DNA of 64,000 nucleotides from an uncultured Roseivirgaceae bacterium (GTDB lineage: Bacteria > Bacteroidota > Bacteroidia > Cytophagales > Cyclobacteriaceae), in contig CAZBNP010000007.1 of NCBI GenBank assembly GCA_964493505.1, positions 70,392-134,391 on the forward strand. The letters are read 5' to 3'. The translations under genes were made by a program, and so were the position numbers. This document shows, one piece after another, positions 20,373 through 29,549 of this stretch (its first letter is position 1; each line of letters opens with the position of its first letter). The notes beneath the pieces are model-generated. The model ran no database searches and had not been told where the DNA came from. It saw nothing but the letters and a program-made list of their open reading frames with translations.

Positions 20373-20888
20373 TCAACGGCCGAAATCATCCTGCACACGA
20401 ACGATGTCGTCTTCGTCCGAAGGCCTGGTGGCGTCCGTGTGTTGCCAGATCTCTGCAACCATTCCCCATCCGTCCAATCCCACAAGCCGGTGCCGCTCTC
20501 CTTTATGCAGCCTGATTATATCGCCGGGGTGGAGTTGCTTCAGCTCGCCTTCGTTGTCAGAATCACTGGTAACAACCCCGGCGGTACCCGCCACGAGTTT
20601 CCAAATCTCCGAGCGACGATGGTGGTATTGCCACGACAATCGTTTCTTCGGTTCAACCATCAGTATTTTGGGACTGAGCTTGCCCGCTCCTATTTTTAGC
20701 GAGCTGATCTCGATACCGGGAAAAAACTCAGCACCGAACTTCCCGGCCTGCGCCTCGTCCAGCACAAAGAAACCACCCCAGGGGCGTTCGAAATCCCTGG
20801 CGGTAACATGGTATCCCCTCTCCTTCAGGTAAGTGTCCACCTCGTTAAATACAGAAAGTCTGTCACCGTGTAATGTTAATGTCGTCAT
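20373..20888 (-). CDS. Cupin protein resembling the type II mannose-6-phosphate isomerase domain
   Basis: ERPWGGF, LSWQYHHRRSEIW, HRLVG, DEDDIVRVQDDFGR. Confidence 0.8.
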   Translation of the reverse strand: MTTLTLHGDRLSVFNEVDTYLKERGYHVTARDFERPWGGFFVLDEAQAGKFGAEFFPGIEISSLKIGAGKLSPKILMVEPKKRLSWQYHHRRSEIWKLVAGTAGVVTSDSDNEGELKQLHPGDIIRLHKGERHRLVGLDGWGMVAEIWQHTDATRPSDEDDIVRVQDDFGR

Positions 20889-20915
20889 ATCATTTATCCT
20901 ACAGTTCGTAACTGA

Positions 20916-21908
20916 TCAACCATCTCCTTCATATCGGAGTTCGCATGTGGCCCTGATGCGGTCAAGTGTCTCCATCAGCGTCAGCGTATCCGCGTGCGTC
21001 ATCACCGGACTCTCGACGAGGCCGTTGAGTAAACAGTCGTTAACATGCCGCGCCTCGAACTGGTATCCGAATCCGTCCTCACGATGCACTTCAATGGGTT
21101 GTGCTTCTCCCCTGCCCGAGACCAACTCTACAGTACCGACCGCGTTGTGAAACCTGTTTCTCATCACAACCCTGCCTTCTGTGCCCGCGATCATAGCCTC
21201 CACCGGAGTGTCTACAGCAAACGTCGATGAAAGTACCGCGAGCGCGCCACCCGCGAACTTCATAGTGATTACACACTGCTCATCTACACCCGTCTCATAC
21301 CGACTGATAAAAGCGTGTACTTCCGCCGGTTTTCCCAAGACCGACTGGGCCATAAAAACCGGATAAATTCCAATATCAAGCAGCGAACCACCGCCCAGGG
21401 CAGGCTCGTATAGTCGCTGTGGGCGCGGAAGCATCGCCTTGAAGCCAAAGTCAGCCTGAATCATCTTTATTTCGCCAATACGACCTGATTCAATGATGCC
21501 CATCACCGCCTGGTACTGCGGAAGAAATTTCGTCCAGAATGCCTCCATCAGAAAGATCCCCTCCTTTCGGGCATACTCAATCATCTCCCGCGCATGTGCC
21601 AGGTTAAGTGCAAATGCCTTCTCACACAACACCGCCTTGCCGGCCTTCAAACATAACATAACATGCTCGTAGTGAAATCCATGTGGCGTAGCCACGTAGA
21701 TCACATCCACATCAGGGCAATCTGCAAGTTGCTGGTACGTATCAAATACCGAAACCGGGCCGAATTCAGCAGCAAATGAATCACGCCGCGCAACATTGAG
21801 CGACGCCGCCGCCCTCAGCTCGGCATCCGCTACATGTCTCAGGTCACTGGCGAACTTTCTCGCAATCTTTCCGCAGCCGAGAATTCCCCATCTGATTTTT
21901 TTTGACAT
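20916..21908 (-). CDS. Gfo/Idh/MocA family NAD(P)-dependent oxidoreductase
   Basis: WGILGCGKIA Rossmann motif, YVATPH, VLCEKAF, GGSLLDIGIY; start moved to ATG 21908. Confidence 0.92.
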   Translation of the reverse strand: MSKKIRWGILGCGKIARKFASDLRHVADAELRAAASLNVARRDSFAAEFGPVSVFDTYQQLADCPDVDVIYVATPHGFHYEHVMLCLKAGKAVLCEKAFALNLAHAREMIEYARKEGIFLMEAFWTKFLPQYQAVMGIIESGRIGEIKMIQADFGFKAMLPRPQRLYEPALGGGSLLDIGIYPVFMAQSVLGKPAEVHAFISRYETGVDEQCVITMKFAGGALAVLSSTFAVDTPVEAMIAGTEGRVVMRNRFHNAVGTVELVSGRGEAQPIEVHREDGFGYQFEARHVNDCLLNGLVESPVMTHADTLTLMETLDRIRATCELRYEGDG

Positions 21909-22029
21909 GACTGGTGTATTGATGATCCACAAAATGCGCGCCGCCTATGCCGTACGCTGAAAGACAAATAAAATAAATAATAACGGAAACCAGCGATCCG
22001 AATATTTTCGTCATACCTATTTTTGTCAC

Positions 22030-22740
22030 ATGGCCCCGAGCCCCTTTCGTTTCAAGCAATTCAGCGTTTCAGACGACCTCTGTACCCATAAAGTGGGCAC
22101 CGATGGCGTTTTGCTGGGCAGTTGGGTACACGTGGAGGCCACCGACCACCGACTCCTCGATATCGGGACCGGCTCAGGGCTGATAGCATTGATGCTCGCA
22201 CAGCGGTCTCACAAAGACGCGACCATTGACGCCATCGAAATCAGCGCACGGGACGCAGGGCAGGCAACAATGAACGCGCGGCACTCACCATGGTCTGAAA
22301 AGATCACGGTGATACAGGCGGCGTTTCAAGAGTTTTCACCCGGTGTGAACTACGATCTCATCGTGAGCAATCCGCCGTATTTTGTCGGCAGCCTGCTTCC
22401 ACACCATCCGGGAAGAATGCAGGCCCGGCACGCCGACAGCCTGCCTTTCGGCGACTTGCTGGTCGGGATTGACCGGATGCTGGCAGAACGCGGAAGGTTT
22501 TGTGTTGTACTCCCGTTTACGGAGGGACAAAATATGATACAGCTCGCAAGGGTACATGACCTCTTTCCCAGCAGGATCTGCGCGTTCAGGTCGCGGCGAA
22601 ACAAGCCGCCTGAACGTTTGCTTATCGAGCTCTCACGCGGACAAAAAACTCCCGAAGAAACCGAGATTGTATTATACGATGGCAACGAGTGGAGCGAGCC
22701 GTATAAGCGGCTTACGCAGGCGTTTTACCTGAAAATATGA
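22030..22740 (+). CDS. trmN6: tRNA1(Val) (adenine37-N6)-methyltransferase
   Basis: FRFKQF, KVGTDGVLLG, LDIGTGSG, SNPPYF. Confidence 0.88.
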   Translation: MAPSPFRFKQFSVSDDLCTHKVGTDGVLLGSWVHVEATDHRLLDIGTGSGLIALMLAQRSHKDATIDAIEISARDAGQATMNARHSPWSEKITVIQAAFQEFSPGVNYDLIVSNPPYFVGSLLPHHPGRMQARHADSLPFGDLLVGIDRMLAERGRFCVVLPFTEGQNMIQLARVHDLFPSRICAFRSRRNKPPERLLIELSRGQKTPEETEIVLYDGNEWSEPYKRLTQAFYLKI

Positions 22741-22753
22741 TTTTCGGAAAACC

Positions 22754-22877
22754 ACCTGAAATAGCAAGTCCGACAAGTAAACCTAAGGGGCTACCCAAGG
22801 GAGGTTTGGCGAAGTAAAAAGGCATCTGAAGGAGTTCCCGCCGAAACTTGAGCCTTTTAACCAAGTCGCTATCAGGT
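22754..22877. other. Unassigned structured intergenic element (possible ncRNA)
   Basis: Nested complementary segments forming a closing stem plus two hairpins; see findings. Confidence 0.35.
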
Positions 22878-22973
22878 AATTACAATCCGTCAGAAACATA
22901 TTTAAAACAAATTTTTAAAGTGTAGCTATACTTGCATTGTAAACCAGGTATACACAAACCCATTAACCCATTT

Positions 22974-23552
22974 ATGAGAAAATTCAGCACTCTTGCGTTA
23001 CTGCTCATGTTTGCCGCGGGCAGCGCGCTTGCACAATCCACGTGGACGATCGATAAGGCTCATTCGAAGATCGGATTCAATGTCGTACACATGGCCGTGT
23101 CAGAAGTGGAAGGAAACTTCCGTGATTTCGACGCGTCGATAGTCACTAAATCCGCGGATTTCGACGGCGCGCAGATTACCTTCACAGCGAAAACAGGCTC
23201 TATTGACACCGGCAATGAAAGACGCGACAACCACCTGCGCTCAGACGATTTCTTCAATGCTGAGAAACATCCCGAAATCGCCTTCAGCGGTAGCCTGGTA
23301 AAACAAGGCGCCAAATACAAACTGAAAGGCAACCTCACGATGCACGGAGTAACCAAAGCGGTCGAATTTGACGTGACCTTCGGCGGCACCGTCAATACCG
23401 GTCGCGGCGAAAAGGCTGGCTTCCGGATCAACGGCAAGATCAATCGCCAGGACTACGGTCTGACGTGGAGCAACAAAACTCCCGGCGGCGAATTGGTCGT
23501 CTCTGATCAGGTCGAGATCATCGGAAAGATAGAACTCGATAAGAAAGCATAA
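22974..23552 (+). CDS. yceI: YceI family lipid/polyisoprenoid-binding protein
   Basis: Signal peptide; WTIDKAHS, SIDTGNERRDNHLRSDDFF, GNLTMHGVTK; start moved to ATG 22974. Confidence 0.92.
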   Translation: MRKFSTLALLLMFAAGSALAQSTWTIDKAHSKIGFNVVHMAVSEVEGNFRDFDASIVTKSADFDGAQITFTAKTGSIDTGNERRDNHLRSDDFFNAEKHPEIAFSGSLVKQGAKYKLKGNLTMHGVTKAVEFDVTFGGTVNTGRGEKAGFRINGKINRQDYGLTWSNKTPGGELVVSDQVEIIGKIELDKKA

Positions 23553-23555
23553 TTC

Positions 23556-23587
23556 AAAAAAAGCCCCGGATCCGGGGCTTTTCTTTT
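23556..23587. terminator. Bidirectional Rho-independent terminator between convergent yceI and M3 peptidase genes
   Basis: AAAAGCCCCGGATCCGGGGCTTTT perfect palindrome with A/T tracts on both sides. Confidence 0.9.
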
Positions 23588-25301
23588 ATACTTCACCTCG
23601 CACAAACGCTATCAACTCCCTGATATATTCACGGCTGAAATCAAATCTGATATTTGCCGCTTCGTATATCTCGGGGATTGTGCGCAGATACCCAAGCTTG
23701 AGGGCATCCTGGTAGCCCTGAAGTCCCGCTGACGAATCCTTCCTGAAGTTTCTCCACACCGCAATAGCACCGAGCTGCGCCATTCCGTATTCGATATAGT
23801 AGAAGGGCACCTCGTAAAGATGCAACTGCTTATGCCAGAGATAGTCTCTCTCTGCCTCCAGGCCATTCCAGTCAGTGACCGCGTCGGAAAACTGTGCAAA
23901 GATGCGGTTCCATTCGCGTCTGCGATCTTCCGGGCTATGGTCCGGGTTCTCATAGATCCAATGCTGAAACTTGTCGATCGTGGCAACCCACGGAAGGGTC
24001 TCAATAATATCTTCAAGGTGCTCACGCCTCGCGCGATGGAAGTCGGCCTTGTCGTCAAAGAAAACATTCCAGTGGTCCATGGAGATAAGCTCCATCGACA
24101 TCGACGCAAGCTCGGCGACTTCCGATGGTGTCGACTTGAAATCATTGAGAGGTAAATCCCGCGTCAGGAAGTTATGAATAGCATGCCCTCCTTCGTGCAT
24201 AATAGTCACCATATCGCGCAGCGTAGACGTGGCATTCATGAAGATAAAAGGCACCCCCACTTCAGCCAGTGGATAATTGTAGCCACCCGGCGCTTTACCT
24301 ATTCTCGACTCGAGATCAAGGTGTCCCATCGTGCGCATAATCGACAAGCACTGACCGAGGTATGGATCAAGTCTGGCGAACACCTGAATGGTCTTCTCCG
24401 TGAGCTCTTCCCCGGTGGCAAACGGCTTAAGCGCTTCGCGGCCTTCGGGATCAACGGCCTTATCCCAGGGGCGTAACGCATCAATACCAAGACGCTCTGC
24501 TCTTTCCTTCGCGAAATCGTTCAGCAATGGAACGACCTCGTGTTCTATCGCATTATGAAAGTCAAAACAATCCTGAGGCGTATAGTCAAACCTGCCGAGT
24601 GCTTTGAACATATAATCTCTGAAATTCCTGAAGCCCGCATTCACCGCTACCTGATGCCGCAATTTGATAAGCCTGGTGAACAAAGCATCCAGCGCATCCT
24701 TGTCGCGCAGCCTTCGTTCGTTGATCTTTCGATAAACTTCTTCGCGTTTGGCGCGGTCGGGCGACATGAGATACACTGCAGCCTGTTGGAGTGTGAGCGT
24801 TTTTCCGTCTACCTCCACCGTCATGGCGCCTGATATTTGCGCGTATTTCTGTGTCTCGGTGTTGATCTCCGTAAACAGCGGCACATTTTCTTCCCGGAAG
24901 ATCTCGATCTCTTTCCGGAGATTTCTCACCAGGATGTCATATCCTTCCTCCCGTGCAAGTGTACCGAGCAGATCGGAAGCGGCAACCTTTTTATTCAGCT
25001 TGTCTGACTCAGGCGCGATTTCCGGCTGGATATTCTGCACAAAATCCTGATAGCTCTCGAGGTATTTCTGGTTCTCCGTGTAGCACGTCATCCGTATGTA
25101 ACGCCAGGCGAGATCTTCGGAGATAACAGACTCAAGCTCACTCCGGTCGGCAAACCACTTCTTCAGGTCAGCCATTGTGTTTAGCCGGCGGTCAAGCAGG
25201 TTTTCAAAGAAAGGTTTCAGTTTCTCCCAATTCGTCACAGCGAAATCTTCCGGGAGAAAGTTACGCGACGGTCGTTTTAATGGTTCTGCAACTTCTGTCA
25301 T
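23586..25301 (-). CDS. M3 family oligoendopeptidase (PepF-like)
   Basis: HEGGH zinc motif, GKAPGGYNYPL, AELASMSME, PFYYIEY. Confidence 0.92.
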   Translation of the reverse strand: MTEVAEPLKRPSRNFLPEDFAVTNWEKLKPFFENLLDRRLNTMADLKKWFADRSELESVISEDLAWRYIRMTCYTENQKYLESYQDFVQNIQPEIAPESDKLNKKVAASDLLGTLAREEGYDILVRNLRKEIEIFREENVPLFTEINTETQKYAQISGAMTVEVDGKTLTLQQAAVYLMSPDRAKREEVYRKINERRLRDKDALDALFTRLIKLRHQVAVNAGFRNFRDYMFKALGRFDYTPQDCFDFHNAIEHEVVPLLNDFAKERAERLGIDALRPWDKAVDPEGREALKPFATGEELTEKTIQVFARLDPYLGQCLSIMRTMGHLDLESRIGKAPGGYNYPLAEVGVPFIFMNATSTLRDMVTIMHEGGHAIHNFLTRDLPLNDFKSTPSEVAELASMSMELISMDHWNVFFDDKADFHRARREHLEDIIETLPWVATIDKFQHWIYENPDHSPEDRRREWNRIFAQFSDAVTDWNGLEAERDYLWHKQLHLYEVPFYYIEYGMAQLGAIAVWRNFRKDSSAGLQGYQDALKLGYLRTIPEIYEAANIRFDFSREYIRELIAFVRGEV

Positions 25302-25372
25302 ATCTCAAAATGATTTCAAAGACGCCAACGTATTGTCTTGACGTTTGTATAAATAACGGTTCAGACCAAATA

Positions 25373-26506
25373 TTACCCGATCTCTATCACCACGTCATCT
25401 GTCAACGGGTGCCCCACGCAGGTGAGCACATATCCCTCGGCGCGTTCGCTTTGCGACAAGCCTTCTTCCTCGTCGAGCTTAACTTTTCCGCTCAGCGCCT
25501 TTCCACGGCAGGCTGTACAAAGTCCGCTTTGGCAGGAATAGGGAAGGTCGATCCCCTGGTCGAGTGCGCTTTCCAGGATCCCCTTATCGGGAGGTACCGT
25601 AACTTTGTATTCCTGTCCATCGTAACGGATCGTCACCACGCGCTCTATCAATTCCCCGCCGTCGGCCGCGGTAGCTTCTTTCTTTTCCTCCTTATTGAGA
25701 ATACCCTGCACGAAGCTTTCTCTGAAGATCTTCTCCTTCGGAATTTGGCGCATTTCCAACAGGGAATCCACGTTCTTCATCATCCCCTCCGGTCCACACA
25801 TGAGATACGTTGTACTCTCGATGCCCCAGTCGGGGATGCGTTCAAAGAGCTTAGTTAGGATATCGTGGTTAAGCAATCCTGAATAGCCCTGCCAGTTTAC
25901 AGGGGCATTATCCAGGATATGGATAATATGCAGGCGGCCTTCATCACGGGTCTGCATCGCTTCCAGGGCATCCCTGAAGATCACGCTGTCGATATCGCGG
26001 TTGCAGTAAATCAGGGTAACGATGCTTTCAGGCTCTTTTGCCAGGATGCTTTTAATGAGCGACATCATCGGTGTAATACCCGAGCCCCCGGCAAACATGA
26101 TGACGTGACGTTTCCGCGTTGGATCATACTCCGTAGTGAACTGACCCATCGGCTCCATAACCTTGATCGTATCTCCAACGGAAAGGTTGTCTGCAAGCCA
26201 GTTCGACATCACGCCTTCTTCCACCCGCTTTATTGTAACGGAAAGGTCTTCATCCACAAAGGGCGATGAACACAGTGAGTAGGAACGGCGCACCTCCTTA
26301 CCATTTAAGGGGACAATGAGGGTGAGAAACTGACCGGATTTATAGGTAATCGGTTTGTCTGCCGGCTGCCCGAAAACAACCGAGATCGTATCGCGGGTCT
26401 CGTTTACGATATCCTTTATCACCAGGTCGTAGTAATGCGGGCCGCTGTGTGATTCCTCTTTTTTGGATGTAGTGTCTGATTTTTTCTTAAAAAAACTGAA
26501 AGCCAT
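25373..26506 (-). CDS. FAD/NAD(P)-binding oxidoreductase with C-terminal 2Fe-2S ferredoxin (PaaE-like)
   Basis: RSYSLCSSP, GGSGITP, CGP, PYSCQSGLCTAC...C; start moved to ATG 26506. Confidence 0.9.
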   Translation of the reverse strand: MAFSFFKKKSDTTSKKEESHSGPHYYDLVIKDIVNETRDTISVVFGQPADKPITYKSGQFLTLIVPLNGKEVRRSYSLCSSPFVDEDLSVTIKRVEEGVMSNWLADNLSVGDTIKVMEPMGQFTTEYDPTRKRHVIMFAGGSGITPMMSLIKSILAKEPESIVTLIYCNRDIDSVIFRDALEAMQTRDEGRLHIIHILDNAPVNWQGYSGLLNHDILTKLFERIPDWGIESTTYLMCGPEGMMKNVDSLLEMRQIPKEKIFRESFVQGILNKEEKKEATAADGGELIERVVTIRYDGQEYKVTVPPDKGILESALDQGIDLPYSCQSGLCTACRGKALSGKVKLDEEEGLSQSERAEGYVLTCVGHPLTDDVVIEIG

Positions 26507-26729
26507 CTCGGTACTGATAACACGGTGAATTGCAAAGAATACATCAATTTTTTGCGCCGGCAATATGCCCCTTTGAAAAACTAATTACAAGGCCGCGAAC
26601 ATTGCCTGTCTATTCGAAGGAATAACAAAAAAAAGCCCCGATCCGCACAGAGAGAGGCTAAAAAAATTCAATAAAATGCCTCAAAGGGTAGAAATGGGGT
26701 TAATTTTGGGCCTTAACACCGTCCCCAAC

Positions 26730-28067
26730 GTGATCTTGAATCCTCTAACCGCTATATCGCCTATTGATGGGCGATATTTTGAAACACTGAAGCCTCTGGC
26801 GGGCTATTTCTCAGAACTGGCGCTGATCCGGTATCGCGTCCGTATTGAAATTGAGTACTTTCTAAGTCTGACCGATGTGGTCGACGACCTGAAACGGTTT
26901 CCGCGCACCCGCGAGGCGGAAGTCAGGAGTATTTTCTCGACGTTGAGCGAAGCAGACGGCCTGCGGATAAAGGAAATTGAAAAAACAACCAACCACGATG
27001 TCAAGGCTGTAGAATACTTTGTCAAAGAAAAGCTGGAAGCACTCGGTCTGGGCGACTTCAAAGAATACGTTCATTTCGCCCTTACTTCACAGGATATCAA
27101 CAATACCGCGATTCCGTTGTCGCTAAAGGAATTCACGACCGTGGAGTTGATGCCGCAAATCCAGGAGTTGCTGGCCTTGCTTGATGGGTATAGCCACGAA
27201 TGGAGCGATGTCGCAATGCTCGCGCGAACACACGGGCAGCCTGCGTCACCGACCCGTCTGGGCAAGGAGATCGCCGTCTTCACTGAACGGATCCGAAAGC
27301 AGCTTGACCTGCTCACCACGATACCCTTTTCCGCAAAGTTTGGTGGCGCTACAGGAAACCTCAACGCTCACTATGCCGCTTATCCTGAGGTTGACTGGCA
27401 CAGCTTCTGCAACCGTTTCTGTGACCACCTCGGTGTTGTAAGGAGCTACCCAACAACGCAGATCGAACACTACGATAACCTCGCAGCCTACTTCGACAAC
27501 CTGAAAAGGATCAATACGATCCTGATCGACTTCAGCCGTGATATATGGCAGTATGTTTCAATGGAGTACTTCAAACAGAAGATCAAGGCCGGTGAGGTTG
27601 GGTCGTCTGCTATGCCTCATAAGGTCAATCCTATCGACTTCGAGAATGCGGAGGGGAACCTCGGGTTTGCGAACGCAGTCTTTGAACACCTTTCCGCCAA
27701 GCTACCGGTGTCACGTCTTCAACGCGACCTCACCGATTCTACCGTGCTGAGAAATATCGGCGTGCCTCTCGCGCACACCTATCTGAGCATTCGATCACTG
27801 TTAAAAGGTTTGTCAAAACTCGAATTGAACAAGAAGGCTATTGATGACGACCTTGGAAACAACTGGGCTGTGGTGGCTGAGGCTATACAGACAATTCTCC
27901 GCACAGAAGGTTATCCTAACCCTTATGAAGCCTTGAAAGACCTGACCCGCCGAAACGAAAAGATCACCCGTGAAAGCATCGCCGACTTTATCGACCGGCT
28001 TGAAACCGACCAGCCGCTCAAAGAACGGCTGAAGGCAATCACACCGTTCAACTATACCGGGAAGTAG
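26730..28067 (+). CDS. purB: Adenylosuccinate lyase
   Basis: TAISPIDGRY, TNHDVKAVEY, SSAMPHKVNPIDFEN; likely GTG start 26730 downstream of TAATTTTG (26701-26708). Confidence 0.96.
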   Translation: MILNPLTAISPIDGRYFETLKPLAGYFSELALIRYRVRIEIEYFLSLTDVVDDLKRFPRTREAEVRSIFSTLSEADGLRIKEIEKTTNHDVKAVEYFVKEKLEALGLGDFKEYVHFALTSQDINNTAIPLSLKEFTTVELMPQIQELLALLDGYSHEWSDVAMLARTHGQPASPTRLGKEIAVFTERIRKQLDLLTTIPFSAKFGGATGNLNAHYAAYPEVDWHSFCNRFCDHLGVVRSYPTTQIEHYDNLAAYFDNLKRINTILIDFSRDIWQYVSMEYFKQKIKAGEVGSSAMPHKVNPIDFENAEGNLGFANAVFEHLSAKLPVSRLQRDLTDSTVLRNIGVPLAHTYLSIRSLLKGLSKLELNKKAIDDDLGNNWAVVAEAIQTILRTEGYPNPYEALKDLTRRNEKITRESIADFIDRLETDQPLKERLKAITPFNYTGK

Positions 28068-28073
28068 CCGCGA

Positions 28074-29549
28074 CTAATTCTTCTCGGGTGTGTACAACAA
28101 TCTACCGGCGTAGAAGTCGTAGAGTGTGAGCTGACGGAGGTTGTAATACGCTATCCAGAAATCGCGAAGCGCCTGAATATATTTTCGTTTCGCATCGTCC
28201 TTTTCATTCAAAGCGATGTTGAGGTTGGTGATATCGATCTTTCCGATAAGGTACCGGTTCTGCGACACATTATAGCGTTCAGCTGCTACTTCATCCGACT
28301 TTTTGGTGATCTCGAGCTGCAACCGAAGCATCTCGAATTGCCGAACCTGCGTCATCACTTGCTGTTCGAAGTCAACTTCATCCTGTGCTATCTGAAAATC
28401 CTGAAGTTGCTTATTCGCCATAGCTGTACGCATCATCGCTTTGTTTCGTCCCCAGTCGAGTACGGGGACACTAAAGGTCAGGTTGAACTGCTGCTGTTCG
28501 ACCGGATCCTTATAGACGTCATTAAACTCCAGACCACTTTTGTTCAGCCCGTATGCCGCAGTGGCGTTTATCCTGACCCGATTTCCCTTTGCGCGGGCCA
28601 CCGACTCGTCAGCTTCCAATCGGCGACGTTTAAATCCAATATATTGCGAGCGGTACTCCTTGGCATAGTCGAGCGCTTCCTCTACCGTGACATCAAACTG
28701 CGGAATTATTTCCGGCAGTATAAGTTGAAACTGCTCTCCGTCGTTCAGTCCAATGAAGGAACGAAGTTGCAGTCGCGCAGTTTCGAGTGCAAGACTTGCC
28801 TGGGCCACCTGTTGCCGAGACGTGAGCAACTGGAGCTCTACCTGCAGGAGCTTATCCAGCGAAGTGGTTCCAATATTGTAGCGCCCCTGTTCAATTTTAT
28901 AAATCGTATCGTTGTTGGCCAGGTTGAAGTTCGCGATCTGAAAATTGATCTGTTGCTCAAGTACATTGAAAAACCGCTGCACCGCGGTCCCGGAGATGTT
29001 CTCCATCTCTTCAACAAACTCTCGCCTGGATTCTTCGTACACAAGTGGTTCTATTTGCTTGTCCCATTTATATGGGTTGAATGCAAACAAGGGTTGATCG
29101 ATCGCAACATAAAACATACTTCCCGTCCATCTTTCGGGAAAGCGGGCATCACCGAGGTAATTTTTATAATATCCCAGGCCGGAGTTGGCGGAAATTATTC
29201 CTCCGGTAAAAGAGAGAGGCTGTAACAATCCGAGAGTCACATTGTTGTTGGTCCGTTCCACCGGAACAAATTCGAAAGTTCCATCCTGCTGCAAGACCTG
29301 GTCGACCCTATTCTCGTAAACCGGCAAACTGCCCGACAGCCGAAGCTGAGGATTGTAGTTTGTGCGGAAAGACCGGTATGCCCAGAAGCGGTTTTCCTTC
29401 CTTGTTTCCGCCCACTTTGAAGACGGTGACTGATTTTTCGCCCGCATGATAATATCCTCCAGGCTAAATTGCTGTTGGGCATTACCCAACGATGGGAGCA
29501 AAAGGATTACCGAAACCGAAAAAAGGATCGTTCTTAAGAATCTATTCAT
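28074..29549 (-). CDS. TolC family outer membrane efflux protein
   Basis: Signal peptide, repeated OEP helical pattern, C-terminal LTLYDF. Confidence 0.88.
   Translation of the reverse strand: MNRFLRTILFSVSVILLLPSLGNAQQQFSLEDIIMRAKNQSPSSKWAETRKENRFWAYRSFRTNYNPQLRLSGSLPVYENRVDQVLQQDGTFEFVPVERTNNNVTLGLLQPLSFTGGIISANSGLGYYKNYLGDARFPERWTGSMFYVAIDQPLFAFNPYKWDKQIEPLVYEESRREFVEEMENISGTAVQRFFNVLEQQINFQIANFNLANNDTIYKIEQGRYNIGTTSLDKLLQVELQLLTSRQQVAQASLALETARLQLRSFIGLNDGEQFQLILPEIIPQFDVTVEEALDYAKEYRSQYIGFKRRRLEADESVARAKGNRVRINATAAYGLNKSGLEFNDVYKDPVEQQQFNLTFSVPVLDWGRNKAMMRTAMANKQLQDFQIAQDEVDFEQQVMTQVRQFEMLRLQLEITKKSDEVAAERYNVSQNRYLIGKIDITNLNIALNEKDDAKRKYIQALRDFWIAYYNLRQLTLYDFYAGRLLYTPEKN

Noticed and set aside
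22808-22880. Glycine riboswitch-like words (GAAGGAG, TCAGGTAA, GTAAAAAGG)
   Set aside because: Motif order is wrong, the GGAGAG element is missing, and the downstream gene is unrelated to glycine metabolism.
28338-29225. 295-aa plus-strand ORF antisense to the TolC gene (also 5692-6369, 32983-33630, 18008-18619 and many shorter ones)
   Set aside because: Fully nested opposite well-supported genes, with no recognisable motifs or promoter; typical antisense shadow ORFs.
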